Source: a virus
Taxonomy: Duplodnaviria; Caudoviricetes
Virus record (IMG/VR): IMGVR_UViG_3300021387_000075
DNA: 64,000 bases
Strand: one strand, 5' to 3'
In this document: positions 47,672 to 57,755 of the stretch, piece by piece
Layout: each line of letters starts with the position of its first letter
How positions within the stretch are numbered: the first letter of the stretch is position 1
Notes under the pieces: model-generated
The model's input: only the letters and a program-made list of their open reading frames with translations
What the model was told of the DNA's origin: nothing
Database searches by the model: none
Position numbers and translations under genes: made by a program

Positions 47672-48160
47672 TTAATCGTCAAATAATCCATCATCTAAAC
47701 TGGTTTCTTTTTTCTTAGATTTGTTTTCCCTAACAGGAACAATATATTCTTTCATCTGCGTATTCACTACGGCCGCGGCTAGACTCGCGCCTTCTGCCTT
47801 TTTCTTTTCTTTCCAAGCACGAGTTTCTTCCATATTACGCGGATTTACCAACCCCAATGTCTCGGAAAGTTTTTTCATCTTCTTTACATTATAAATATAA
47901 TCCAAACAATCTATAATCGCATCGTCAGTATATCCATATTCATTTTGAAGACGTTTGCGCTGAGTCCAAATTACCGGTCCTGGCGCTTTAATTCCAAATA
48001 ACTGGCATACTTTATTCGCAAATCTTTCTCGCGCCTGCTTCTCCTCTAAACACTTCGGACAATACCAATGTGAAGTTTTTCCGGTCGGAGAAAAATACTC
48101 TACCATTTCTGTTTTTCTGAACGTTTCGCCGCATCCAGAACATTTTCGAGATAACTGCAT
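47672..48160 (-). CDS. Zn-finger protein, possible replication accessory factor
   Basis: CSGC...CPKC; directly upstream of the helicase. Confidence 0.6.
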   Translation of the reverse strand: MQLSRKCSGCGETFRKTEMVEYFSPTGKTSHWYCPKCLEEKQARERFANKVCQLFGIKAPGPVIWTQRKRLQNEYGYTDDAIIDCLDYIYNVKKMKKLSETLGLVNPRNMEETRAWKEKKKAEGASLAAAVVNTQMKEYIVPVRENKSKKKETSLDDGLFDD

Positions 48161-48190
48161 CTAATCACTCCCATACTTATTCTTTATATA

Positions 48191-48219
48191 AGTATAGCAT
48201 AATTTTGAAAAAAAGTCAA
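48191..48219 (-). promoter_or_regulatory. sigmaA-type promoter
   Basis: TTGACT-17-TATACT with extended -10 TG. Confidence 0.7.
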
Positions 48220-48220
48220 A

Positions 48221-48255
48221 TAAAAATAGGAACAACACCGGAGCATTGTTCCCTA
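48221..48255 (-). terminator. Rho-independent terminator
   Basis: GGAACAATG-CTCCGG-TGTTGTTCC followed by TATTTTTA. Confidence 0.6.
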
Positions 48256-48284
48256 AAACTATATAGTTTTGCGCGACTATTATT

Positions 48285-48393
48285 AAATGCGGACGTGGAT
48301 TTACACCACGCATAACAGATTGCGTACCTTTCAGCTGCTCCATCTGTCTCGTGTTCGGCTCTGCCTAGCGTCTACTTATTCCGCCACCGCATT
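48285..48393 (-). ncRNA. tRNA-like RNA without a canonical anticodon arm
   Basis: Acceptor AATGCGG/CCGCATT, D-arm TGGCGGAATAAGTAGACGC, T-arm CGTGG-TGTAAAT-CCACG; about 55-nt insert in place of the anticodon arm. Confidence 0.65.
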
Positions 48394-48396
48394 ATA

Positions 48397-49392
48397 TTAC
48401 ATCAGTTGCTTTACTTCATCAATAAAGTATTCAACCAAGCTACTCTGAGAAGGCACCGCTTGACTTATCTTAAAGTCCTCAGAGCCAAATACCTTCTTAA
48501 TAATATCCTTCATAATCATCAGATGCTGATCTTTATTCTCTTCGCCGCCAAGTTCAAGATATTTAATCCAAATTTCCTTAGCTTCGGCCATAACCTCATT
48601 GAAGGGCCTATCCTTAACCTGCGCGAATTCAGTATGGTCAGTTACCTGAGCGCCATCTTTTTCTACGGCCATATCAATGGCATCGCCAATGGCATCTACT
48701 AGTTCCTGATAACCAAACTTAATCTTAGGCGCAAGATACTGATAACGACTACCGGCAAATACAGAAGGTGTAGAACGAGTATAGAGGAATCGTTCAGAGG
48801 TTCCATCAGGATTCATCTGCACTTGTAAATATCCAATAATATCTACAATCGAATTGATAATAGTGTATGCCTGATTGGGCAAATCCGGCGCGACGGCAGT
48901 AATTTCATTTCCATCTTCATCGCGCATTTCAGTAGGCTTATCCTTACTGTGAGCAATAAATAGAATACCAAATCCAAGCAAGGTAATTTCACGCCAGAAC
49001 TCAGAGAACTCGGTTCTTAGCATATTCCAGCCCTGTCCCCACGGGACATCACGAATACTATCAACATTCTCTCTTTGACAAATATATTTTTCACACAGCT
49101 GCCACGCGATAGAAGCAGTATCAACTACGATGCTATCATACATTTCCTTAGCCTGAGGCTTGCGTAGCTGTGTGAGAACTTTCTTAGCATCAGTCCAACG
49201 TAGGATTGGAACTGCGCGAATACCAGCCAGAGCGTTAGTGCCCTGTTCAAAGTTCAGGAACAAAGAACGAGGTAGCTGGCTACCAAATGTAGACTTCCCG
49301 GTTTTTGGTTGCCCATAAATCAGCAGGAACTTCCCTTTAAGGTCGCGGCTAATCTTTGAAGGCTCCAAACTAAAAATATCAATATCAGCCAT
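48397..49392 (-). CDS. AAA_24/Sak4-like ATPase (ssDNA-annealing recombinase)
   Basis: IYGQPKTGKST, VVDT, FIAH and VDIIGY; adjacent to SSB. Confidence 0.8.
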   Translation of the reverse strand: MADIDIFSLEPSKISRDLKGKFLLIYGQPKTGKSTFGSQLPRSLFLNFEQGTNALAGIRAVPILRWTDAKKVLTQLRKPQAKEMYDSIVVDTASIAWQLCEKYICQRENVDSIRDVPWGQGWNMLRTEFSEFWREITLLGFGILFIAHSKDKPTEMRDEDGNEITAVAPDLPNQAYTIINSIVDIIGYLQVQMNPDGTSERFLYTRSTPSVFAGSRYQYLAPKIKFGYQELVDAIGDAIDMAVEKDGAQVTDHTEFAQVKDRPFNEVMAEAKEIWIKYLELGGEENKDQHLMIMKDIIKKVFGSEDFKISQAVPSQSSLVEYFIDEVKQLM

Positions 49393-49519
49393 TTAATTCA
49401 CTCCTTTTGTACGAGGTTGGGCGCAAGCCAATTCTTGCGCCCGTTCCCTCTATCATATCGTAGGCAGTCAAGTGACCGTTTGTGCTTTAATCACTCCTAC
49501 CACCGGTGTTGGCCTACGA

Positions 49520-50416
49520 TTACTCCCACTCATACTTCTTCGCATCGGTATGATTGCTACTACCGCCCTTAGGGGCCTTCGCGCGAGCATCAATCTGCAT
49601 CTGCTCAATCATAGCCTTACGAACATTAAAGGCTTTCTTAATATCAGTTGGATCATAACTGAACTCCTCATCCTTTGCGGTATCGTCACCACCAGTGATA
49701 ATCAGCTCACGGACAAAAGTTGTGGTGGTTTCTGGGATATCTTCACCCCAACCGCTGGACTCATGAGAAGCTTCTACTTCCTGAGAAGTTACACGAACAC
49801 GTCCAACAATACGCTGAGTTGTATTTGCTTCCCAATTACGAGATACAAACTCTACCTTGTCAGGCGCTTCTACAATAAAATCAAGAACATCAAGACGTCC
49901 GCCATACTGGACAATACCACCACGGACAATTAGACGACCAGTAGGATTGCCTTCACGATCGACTTCATCATCAATGCTCATGATATAGATTTCAGTATTA
50001 AAGGTCGCGGCATCACTTAGCTTCGCGGCATTGATAAAAGAACCACGAATCTGGAAACCATGGATTAGATTACCATTACGAGATACAAAGTTGTTCTCGG
50101 ACAGAACACCACTCGTAATGCGTACCTGATCGGCCGCATCGACGCCAACATTCTGAGCTGTTTTTAGCTCCTTCAAATCAACTAGGGACTTATACGCTGG
50201 ATTGGGCTTACCAGTGCTAGTATAAGGAGAAGCGAAGAAACCAACTGGAATCTCACTTGTCTCTTCCTTACCATCAACTGGCTGAGTTACACGGATGGTA
50301 ACTGTTGCGCGCTTATAATCGCGCCCATCGGATAGCTTACCTTCACCAAATTCAACATTCATTAGCTTACCAACTAGGTTCATTTTGTTCATTGCCTGTA
50401 CATTAATATCTTTCAT
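49520..50416 (-). CDS. Single-stranded DNA-binding protein (tandem OB folds)
   Basis: Beta-rich NKMNLVGKL..., acidic/aromatic C-terminus; next to the Sak4-like gene. Confidence 0.65.
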   Translation of the reverse strand: MKDINVQAMNKMNLVGKLMNVEFGEGKLSDGRDYKRATVTIRVTQPVDGKEETSEIPVGFFASPYTSTGKPNPAYKSLVDLKELKTAQNVGVDAADQVRITSGVLSENNFVSRNGNLIHGFQIRGSFINAAKLSDAATFNTEIYIMSIDDEVDREGNPTGRLIVRGGIVQYGGRLDVLDFIVEAPDKVEFVSRNWEANTTQRIVGRVRVTSQEVEASHESSGWGEDIPETTTTFVRELIITGGDDTAKDEEFSYDPTDIKKAFNVRKAMIEQMQIDARAKAPKGGSSNHTDAKKYEWE

Positions 50417-50439
50417 TTTTATTTCTCCTTTTTTCTTTT

Positions 50440-50468
50440 ATTATACATTAAATTTTATTTTTTGTCAA
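50440..50468 (-). promoter_or_regulatory. sigmaA-type promoter
   Basis: TTGACA-17-TATAAT. Confidence 0.8.
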
Positions 50469-50469
50469 A

Positions 50470-50856
50470 TTAGAAGCCTTCTACTTCAGCTTCGGCTTCC
50501 TTAGCAGCCTTCTTGGCAGCGCGCTCAGCGGCACGAGCAGCCTTCTTGGCTTCGTTCGCGGCTTTCTTAGCTTCTTCTTCAGCAACTGGGTCATAAGCCA
50601 GACCTTCTTCGGTTAGAGTATGATATAGTACCTTATGAGTCTTAGCCTTACGAGTCTCGGTCGCAGGAGCATCTTCAACAATTTCCTCGCGGGTAGTGAT
50701 AGCACGGTTCTTCTTAATTAGAGCATTGATCGCGCCAGTAACGGATGCGAATGGGATATCCAGAGCTTCCGCAATCTGTTTCTTTGTTAGTTCTTCACCA
50801 TAATGTTCCTTCATGTAATTTAGAGTCTTTTCACTGTTAATAGTAGCCATATACAT
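50470..50856 (-). CDS. Winged-helix DNA-binding protein with Lys/Ala-rich tail
   Basis: LTKKQIAEALDIPFASVTGAINALIKK...LTEEG; AKKAA repeats. Confidence 0.7.
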   Translation of the reverse strand: MYMATINSEKTLNYMKEHYGEELTKKQIAEALDIPFASVTGAINALIKKNRAITTREEIVEDAPATETRKAKTHKVLYHTLTEEGLAYDPVAEEEAKKAANEAKKAARAAERAAKKAAKEAEAEVEGF

Positions 50857-50896
50857 TTCTCCTTTTTATCTCGGGGTTATCCCCTTTTATACATAT

Positions 50897-50925
50897 ATTA
50901 TAATATAATTTTAAGTAAAAGTCAA
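50897..50925 (-). promoter_or_regulatory. sigmaA-type promoter
   Basis: TTGACT-17-TATAAT. Confidence 0.75.
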
Positions 50926-50929
50926 ATTA

Positions 50930-51319
50930 TTACTCTTCTGAAATTTGGAATTGTTCTTCCGCAGAAGCTCGGGCCGCCTCATCCGTATCAGCTTCAATAA
51001 CCTTAGATAGCTTTGGTACCAGGTCGGACTGATATCCAGCAATAGCTTTTTGAAGCGCCTGTACTCTATCTTGTAGGTTGCCAACTACCACATAACTACC
51101 TACCAATAGACGAGCATAATCGGCTTTGGTAAGTGTAGAACCATCAAAGCCTTCAACCTTCATACGATCATAAAGCTCAGCGAAATCATTGCGTAGGGTT
51201 TCGGCAGTCTCGTAACCTTTCTTATCACCCTTAGTCTCGTTATACTCCATTACCTGCTCGGCCGCAACTTCAGTAGCGTGCGCGAGCTCCTTAAATAGTT
51301 CAATATACTTCTTATGCAT
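50930..51319 (-). CDS. Hypothetical protein
   Basis: 129-aa helical ORF overlapping the gyrA stop. Confidence 0.7.
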   Translation of the reverse strand: MHKKYIELFKELAHATEVAAEQVMEYNETKGDKKGYETAETLRNDFAELYDRMKVEGFDGSTLTKADYARLLVGSYVVVGNLQDRVQALQKAIAGYQSDLVPKLSKVIEADTDEAARASAEEQFQISEE

Positions 51320-53384
51320 TCTTTACTCCTTTTACCGCTCTTCCGGTATTTTTATAATTAGAATCTCCTACCCACTTGGCTTCTTTGACATATCCATCTT
51401 TATCCAACTTAATAGCCTTAACGCCTTTCGTGAGCCGTCCCGTGTAACCTATATCAGACAGAGGATAACAATTGTAATAATCATTATTACTGATAATTAC
51501 TACCTTATCGTCATCATCGCTACTTAGGATGACCGATACTAGTGAATCACCTTCTTCCAACTTAATCGCGGCAGTTCCTTTTTTCGCGCGAGTTAGATAT
51601 TCAGCAATATGACTTTTCTTAATGAAGCCGTGCCGAGTTACACAAGTAACCGATTGGAAGGCATTAAAGGTACGAGCATCAATTAGAAGAAGTGGCTTTT
51701 CAGCGCCAATTGGGAATACATCTGTAAGCTTTATATCCTTATCATACTTAATTTTACTAAGTGATTCGCTATACATTTTCCCGCCAGAAGTAAATAGAAC
51801 CAGAGAGCCAAGATTGGTTGTATATAACGCTTCTCCACGCTTTCCTCTACTTACATCCTTCTTAACCACCTTAATGAAACTTCCATTCTGAAGAACAATT
51901 ACATCTTCTTCTTTAATTTCTTCCGGCTCTTCTTCATCACCAAGGATATTTTCAATTTTAGTTCTACGAGCATCACCAAATTTTTGGGATACTAGATTTA
52001 GTGTCTCAATCAATTTTTCATCCAAAGCGGTAGGTTCAGATAATAAGTAGTTACACGATCCAATGAATTTGGTAATTTCTGCCAGCTCTTCATTTATTTT
52101 CACGCCGTCAAGTCGGCACAGGCGTGATAACTTCATATCCAGAATCGCATCTACCTGCGGTTCATTGAACTGATACTTAGCAATCAATGCTTTCTTGGCA
52201 TCTGCTGGACTATCACTACCTTTAATAATAGCAACTACGTTGTCAATATCTGCGAGTGCAATCAGCAATCCATTCAAGATATTTTCGCGCGCGAGTGCTT
52301 TATCCAAATCAAATTGAATCATATTGCGCTTACACGCTCTAATATGAGCAATATAGGCATCACATGCTTCGCGCCATCCGAATACTTTTGGGAATCTTCC
52401 TTGATCCAGAAGAATCATATTGATTGAATAATGATTTTCCAACGAAGTGTCATGATAAAGTTTTGCAATCATTTTATCAGGATTCTGACCTTTGGAGAGA
52501 TAAATACGTATATCTGCTTCCTTCTTTGTGTGATCTATAACTTTATCAATTCCATATTCTGGATTATCATTTACAAGTGCGGCCAATTGGTCCATTACTG
52601 TATTTGTAAAGACACCATAAGGAAGTTCAGTAGCTTGAAGCATATTTTCCTTAGGAACAAATTTGATATTTGCGCGCAAACGAATAGACTTACCTTTTCC
52701 TACTCTTAGGCTTTCTTTGACTTCTGCGGCATTAGTAATAGTACCACCTGTAGCAAAATCCGGAGCACAATAAATATCATCGTATGATACTTGAGGATTT
52801 TGGATAATCTTTATAAGCGCATTATTTACCTCTTTAAGGTTGAACTGTGGTACGGAGGTAGCCATCGCAACCGCAATACCTTGACAGCCATTTACAATGT
52901 TCCAATATCCAATTGAAGGAAATACAGATGGAATTTGTTCGGTGCTATCATAATTATCATACCATTCTGTAATTGCGTTTTTCTTGAGGCCGTCAAACAT
53001 AAAGTCCGCAACTTCGCCTGCCTTCATTTCAACATAACGAGCAGCCGCATGGCTGTCGGGAGATGAAGGATTGCCATAGCTTCCTTGAACATCTTCGAGT
53101 GGATAGCGACTTGACCAAGGCCGGGCCGCACGTATTAGTGCATCATACATTGCTACATCGCCATGTACATATGATTGAGACATTGCGGCGGCAACACTCT
53201 TCTGAGCTTTTTGGAACTTGTCTTTATGAGTGAGCTTATTGGTGAATTGTGCATATAGACCTTGCCGCAGACCAATTTTAAGCATATCCCTAACATCTGG
53301 CAATGACCGCTCTTGAGCTATAGAAGCTCCGTACTTTAGAAATGCATCCTCAATGGTGTGCTGAAAATCTACTTGCTTAATCAT
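51312..53384 (-). CDS. gyrA: Type IIA topoisomerase subunit A (GyrA/ParC)
   Basis: RSLPDVRD, HGD, catalytic AAARY, GIAVAMAT and PDFATGG; shortened beta-pinwheel C-terminus. Confidence 0.9.
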   Translation of the reverse strand: MIKQVDFQHTIEDAFLKYGASIAQERSLPDVRDMLKIGLRQGLYAQFTNKLTHKDKFQKAQKSVAAAMSQSYVHGDVAMYDALIRAARPWSSRYPLEDVQGSYGNPSSPDSHAAARYVEMKAGEVADFMFDGLKKNAITEWYDNYDSTEQIPSVFPSIGYWNIVNGCQGIAVAMATSVPQFNLKEVNNALIKIIQNPQVSYDDIYCAPDFATGGTITNAAEVKESLRVGKGKSIRLRANIKFVPKENMLQATELPYGVFTNTVMDQLAALVNDNPEYGIDKVIDHTKKEADIRIYLSKGQNPDKMIAKLYHDTSLENHYSINMILLDQGRFPKVFGWREACDAYIAHIRACKRNMIQFDLDKALARENILNGLLIALADIDNVVAIIKGSDSPADAKKALIAKYQFNEPQVDAILDMKLSRLCRLDGVKINEELAEITKFIGSCNYLLSEPTALDEKLIETLNLVSQKFGDARRTKIENILGDEEEPEEIKEEDVIVLQNGSFIKVVKKDVSRGKRGEALYTTNLGSLVLFTSGGKMYSESLSKIKYDKDIKLTDVFPIGAEKPLLLIDARTFNAFQSVTCVTRHGFIKKSHIAEYLTRAKKGTAAIKLEEGDSLVSVILSSDDDDKVVIISNNDYYNCYPLSDIGYTGRLTKGVKAIKLDKDGYVKEAKWVGDSNYKNTGRAVKGVKNA

Positions 53385-53404
53385 CTTCTCACTCCTTTTT
53401 ATTT

Positions 53405-53433
53405 ATTATAACATAAATTTTAGAAATTGTCAA
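53405..53433 (-). promoter_or_regulatory. sigmaA-type promoter for gyrA
   Basis: TTGACA-17-TATAAT. Confidence 0.8.
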
Positions 53434-54597
53434 TTATTTCTCTGGATGTTTATGTTTTATTACTACTCGTGCATATTTTTTCTTGCCATTAACATAAGGA
53501 TAACCTAGATTATATTCAGATTTTTTTGTTGTTGCCATTAATCCAATAAGTTCAAACTGATCTGGATTAAAATAATTAAGAAAAGAAATCGGCACAGCCA
53601 TAAGATCTTCATAATCTTTAGGAATATTAATAGTTTTATCTATATTAATAATGGGTTGATCATCTAAAAAATTATAATCTTCACGTTTATAAAGCGTGTT
53701 GTAATAACTGGCTGTTAATTGTAATGGAGTAGTATGGCGTTCGTTAGGCATATTGGTATACCAACAAATGTTTCCAAAATTAGCTTGAGTTATACCTTCT
53801 TTAGTAGTAGTATTATTTGAAGTATATCCATCTGGCACATAAAAATGATGTACTCCATGAAGTCCGCGCCACATTTTCCCCTCTTTCATTAATGCAAATC
53901 CATATTGATAAGAAGCTACATTTTCATTTCCAATTACTAAGAAATTTTTCTTATATTCGATAATAGGTTCAATAAATTCTTTAAATAAACTAAAGGGCGG
54001 ATTAGTAAATACTATATCGCATTTTTTTAAAATATTGAGACTTTCTTCGGACATAAAACTGCCATCCCCCTCTAAAGGAGTAACTATCACGTCCTGTTCT
54101 CTTACTGGATGTCCATCTTCTGCAGCATGTAATGTGTAGAGCATTGGACATTCGCCATACGACATGGCATACATTGTTTTAATTTTGAAATTATTAAATT
54201 TACGAACAATGAATTGATAAAAATTACTTTCTGGACCGTCATTACAATTTAAGAATACAATTTTATCTTTAAAATATGGTTTATATGGAATTGTTTCAAC
54301 TTCAATATCTTCAAAGCGTGTATAAAATTCATCATTTTTAACTTTTTTTGCTACTAGAAGATTATCATTAGTTGCGCCCTGAGCTTCTAATGTTTCAATA
54401 TTTGGATTAAATGTATATGTTATTGGTTTAGTTTCATGCTTAAATAAATATCCGTTATTAGCTAGTGCAGATAAAGTATTAGCCGCGATTTTAGTTTGCA
54501 TTTTTTCACTCAAACTAGCAGCAGAAAAATCACCTTCTGGAAAAAATTTCTTTATTCCTTCATAAGCTATCATACCTTTTTGTGAAATTTTACTCAT
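53434..54597 (-). CDS. M.EcoRI-family adenine methyltransferase with N-terminal wHTH-like extension
   Basis: KNDEFYT, LNCND, GDGSF, TNPPFS, WYTN and MAVPISF. Confidence 0.85.
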   Translation of the reverse strand: MSKISQKGMIAYEGIKKFFPEGDFSAASLSEKMQTKIAANTLSALANNGYLFKHETKPITYTFNPNIETLEAQGATNDNLLVAKKVKNDEFYTRFEDIEVETIPYKPYFKDKIVFLNCNDGPESNFYQFIVRKFNNFKIKTMYAMSYGECPMLYTLHAAEDGHPVREQDVIVTPLEGDGSFMSEESLNILKKCDIVFTNPPFSLFKEFIEPIIEYKKNFLVIGNENVASYQYGFALMKEGKMWRGLHGVHHFYVPDGYTSNNTTTKEGITQANFGNICWYTNMPNERHTTPLQLTASYYNTLYKREDYNFLDDQPIINIDKTINIPKDYEDLMAVPISFLNYFNPDQFELIGLMATTKKSEYNLGYPYVNGKKKYARVVIKHKHPEK

Positions 54598-55813
54598 TTA
54601 AATATTCCTCCCAAATTTTATTAGATTTATGCTGATTACATTTTTTACATAGAATTTGACAATTCTCTTCAACGGTACGTCCACCTTCGCTCCAAGGAAT
54701 TTTATGGTCTGCCTGTGCATTTGCCCATGACATATCAATTCCACATAAAGCACATTTATGATTTTGACGTTCATACGCTCTACGTTTTACTGCGTCAGAA
54801 AATGTTCTAAAGTTTAATTCTCTAGGATTATGAGTAAATACATAAGTATAAATACCTTTACATTTTTCTACTTCTTCATGATCTTCGTCGCCACGAAGCA
54901 ATGCAACTAATTCTTTTTCAATTTCATCTGGATCAACGATTACATTATGAAAATTATTATATAACCAGCCCCAATCAACGGCTTTCATTAATGAAAGTCG
55001 ATCTTCAGCTTGATTAATAAATGTAGAATTAATCCAGTCAATAATTTTATAAAATTCATCACATACTTTTTGTGCTTCGTCTATATTATTATGACATTTA
55101 TTCATAAGAGTTAGAATATCATCATTACTCACCCATTTAAGAGCAGTTTCTAACAAACCTTGGCGATTCCATTTAGATGCACTACTAGTAATATTACGAG
55201 ATAAAGTATAACCTGCACAGTTTAATACAGAAAAATAATGTTTAAGCAATTCGGTGCCTTCGCCCATAAAAATCGCATTTCTACGTTCTTGGTCTGTCAA
55301 TACTACTGAATTAGCATTAATTTTTTCAAACCATTTTAATTGCGTATCTAATGAACCAAGACATTTATACATATTAATTTGATAATTGTTGATAATATTC
55401 CAAACTTCCGGTAATTCATAATACAAATCTTCATAGAAAAGATTTTTACCATTATAGGTGATAGAGAATTGTCCATCAATGAATCTACAAAGCGCAATCA
55501 GTCTCTGTTGACCATCAATTACGACCGTCAAATCTGCTAAAGAACCATCTGGATAAACTTCTTGACCTAGATAAATTGTACCGATAGGAGCATTATTTGC
55601 AATAGTAGTAATTAGTTTTTTATTTTGGTCTTCATTCCATACCGCATTACGCTGAAATGAAGGACGAAGACAAATATGCTTATTAAGGCACCATGCACCG
55701 CCGCTTTCACCATTATCTACAAATCCTTCAGCTAATTCTGTAATTTTATAAGAAATTGGCTGCATTGTAAAATCCGTACCCCAGAGTTCAAGAGAATCTT
55801 TCATCAAATTCAT
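54590..55813 (-). CDS. DUF262 (ParB/GmrS-like) plus HNH endonuclease
   Basis: RPSFQR, IDGQQR and FEKIN; C-terminal CALC...ADHKIPWSEGG...CQILCKKCN. Confidence 0.85.
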   Translation of the reverse strand: MNLMKDSLELWGTDFTMQPISYKITELAEGFVDNGESGGAWCLNKHICLRPSFQRNAVWNEDQNKKLITTIANNAPIGTIYLGQEVYPDGSLADLTVVIDGQQRLIALCRFIDGQFSITYNGKNLFYEDLYYELPEVWNIINNYQINMYKCLGSLDTQLKWFEKINANSVVLTDQERRNAIFMGEGTELLKHYFSVLNCAGYTLSRNITSSASKWNRQGLLETALKWVSNDDILTLMNKCHNNIDEAQKVCDEFYKIIDWINSTFINQAEDRLSLMKAVDWGWLYNNFHNVIVDPDEIEKELVALLRGDEDHEEVEKCKGIYTYVFTHNPRELNFRTFSDAVKRRAYERQNHKCALCGIDMSWANAQADHKIPWSEGGRTVEENCQILCKKCNQHKSNKIWEEYLNE

Positions 55814-55836
55814 CCTTTCATATTTTTTATATACAT

Positions 55837-55865
55837 ATTATACCATGAAAATTTCTGAATGTCAA
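55837..55865 (-). promoter_or_regulatory. sigmaA-type promoter for the nuclease-methylase cassette
   Basis: TTGACA-17-TATAAT overlapping the gyrB stop. Confidence 0.8.
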
Positions 55866-57727
55866 GTATTTAAAATATTAAAATCCACGTTCTCAAACAA
55901 GAAGTCTCTGCGTCCCTCAACTTCTGTACCCATTAGCATTTGTAGTGACTCAGCTGCGGCTTCTGCATCGTTTATAGTAAGAATATCCAAGCGCCGATTT
56001 GTCGGATGTAACATTGATTCTTCCATATCATCTGCCACCATTTCGCCCAAGCCTTTGTAGCGTGACTGTTCCCATCCAGACCGAGTTTTTCTCAGCTCAG
56101 TAAGCTCATCTTCATCATAAGCATAAACATGCTGATTTCCCTTACTCAATCTATAAAGGGGTGCGCGCAGCCATCCGAGCCGTCCTTCTTCAATAAACTT
56201 CGGCATTAGGACATAAAAGAGCGTAGTAATAAGGCACATGATATTATAGCCATCTACGTCTGCGTCAACTGCAATCGCAACTTTCCCATAGTTAAGCTTC
56301 TTACCATTGTAACGGTCTTGAATACCACATCCAAGTGCCATGATGATATCAGATACTTCCTGATTCTCCAAACACTCATCAAGCGGATGCTTCATTAGAT
56401 TCTTAACTTTACCACGCACCGCATACAATGCTTCTGTCTTTACATCGCGCGCGGGCATTAGGCCGCCCAATGCGGAATTACCTTCGCATATAATAAGCAT
56501 TGAGTCCTGACCGTGCTTTTCACAATCCTTAAACTTATCGGAAGAAGTAACCTTACGCTTACGCTGTTCGGTTTCTTTTTTCTCCATATTCATAATTGCT
56601 TCTCGCGCGCGAGTCGCAGCAGCTTCGGCCTTCTCAATCTTAGTAAGCATCTCGACAATCGCGCTAAACTCATTTGAGTGCTGAGCTGCCATATCTTTAA
56701 GCGCGTTGGAGAATGCGGTTGAAGCCAAGGTTCTGAGTGAAGCATTATTGATTTTAGATTTAGTCTGATTCGCAAAAGAAGGATTTTCTACTTTACAGTT
56801 AATTACATAGAAGAGGTTCTTACGAATATATTCTCCATCAAAGGAGGCATTAGCAAGCGTATTAAATGTCTTCGTTATTGCGCTTCTCGCGCCCGTAATT
56901 GGACTGCCGCCTTCTGGGCACCTAAGGCCATTTACAAATACATATGCGGTTTCGCGCTTAGTGCCCCATTGAAAAGCAATTTCCAGACTGTCTGTTCCAT
57001 CGGTTGCTGAACCGGTAATAATACTTTTTTGAAGCGGTTTCTTTACATTTACCGATACAAAATCAATGATGCCATTTTTCGCGCAATAAGTCTTTACATC
57101 TGTACCATCTGTAACAATAAACTCAATTCCAGGATAAAGATATGAAATATCTTGAATATCTTGGCAAATGCGCGAAAACTCATATCCGATGGGGCCATTT
57201 GAGAATACCTCTGGATCAGGTACAAAGTAAATATAAGTACCTGCTTTTATAGTAGTACATTTACGTTCTTCATAGTTAGTAAGAATACCTTTCTCAAATG
57301 TGGCTGTTGCTTTCTTCCCATCACGGATACTTGTAACTTCGAATTGAGCAGAAGAAAGGCAAACGCATGAGCCGCCAATACCATTCAAGCCAGATGCGTT
57401 TTTATAAGCATCATGTGAGAACTTGCCACCAGTATGACTTTTTGTGAAGATAGATACAAGCACATTTTCTCCATCTTCACGAATCCCAAATGGAACTCCG
57501 CGCCCATAATCACGAACGCTAACGCCATTGGTATCTATATCTAATTTAATTTCGATACGTTTCCCATATCCCGCAAGCGCTTCATCGGTACTATTGTTGA
57601 TAATCTCTTTAAGCGCCTGATATGTTCCTTCAATATCATCGCTTCCAAGATACATCTGAATCCGCGTGCGAACTCCTTCTCGGAAGGATAGGCTTTGTAT
57701 CGAATTTACATCATAGGTTTCTGCCAT
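55862..57727 (-). CDS. gyrB: Type IIA topoisomerase subunit B (GyrB/ParE)
   Basis: EIINNSTDE, DYGRGVP, HTGGKF, GLNGIG, EGNSA, DADVDG and RYKGLGEM. Confidence 0.92.
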   Translation of the reverse strand: MAETYDVNSIQSLSFREGVRTRIQMYLGSDDIEGTYQALKEIINNSTDEALAGYGKRIEIKLDIDTNGVSVRDYGRGVPFGIREDGENVLVSIFTKSHTGGKFSHDAYKNASGLNGIGGSCVCLSSAQFEVTSIRDGKKATATFEKGILTNYEERKCTTIKAGTYIYFVPDPEVFSNGPIGYEFSRICQDIQDISYLYPGIEFIVTDGTDVKTYCAKNGIIDFVSVNVKKPLQKSIITGSATDGTDSLEIAFQWGTKRETAYVFVNGLRCPEGGSPITGARSAITKTFNTLANASFDGEYIRKNLFYVINCKVENPSFANQTKSKINNASLRTLASTAFSNALKDMAAQHSNEFSAIVEMLTKIEKAEAAATRAREAIMNMEKKETEQRKRKVTSSDKFKDCEKHGQDSMLIICEGNSALGGLMPARDVKTEALYAVRGKVKNLMKHPLDECLENQEVSDIIMALGCGIQDRYNGKKLNYGKVAIAVDADVDGYNIMCLITTLFYVLMPKFIEEGRLGWLRAPLYRLSKGNQHVYAYDEDELTELRKTRSGWEQSRYKGLGEMVADDMEESMLHPTNRRLDILTINDAEAAAESLQMLMGTEVEGRRDFLFENVDFNILNT

Positions 57728-57755
57728 TCTCTCACCTCTCTCTTTCTTACAATAT

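Noticed and set aside
48285-48393. Amber suppressor tRNA
   Set aside because: No 5-bp anticodon stem with a 7-nt loop containing CTA. Track ORF 48161..48343 across this region is also treated as spurious.
53434-54597. The methylase cassette targets GAATTC
   Set aside because: Family membership does not fix specificity, and GAATTC occurs repeatedly in the window; the target cannot be read from sequence.
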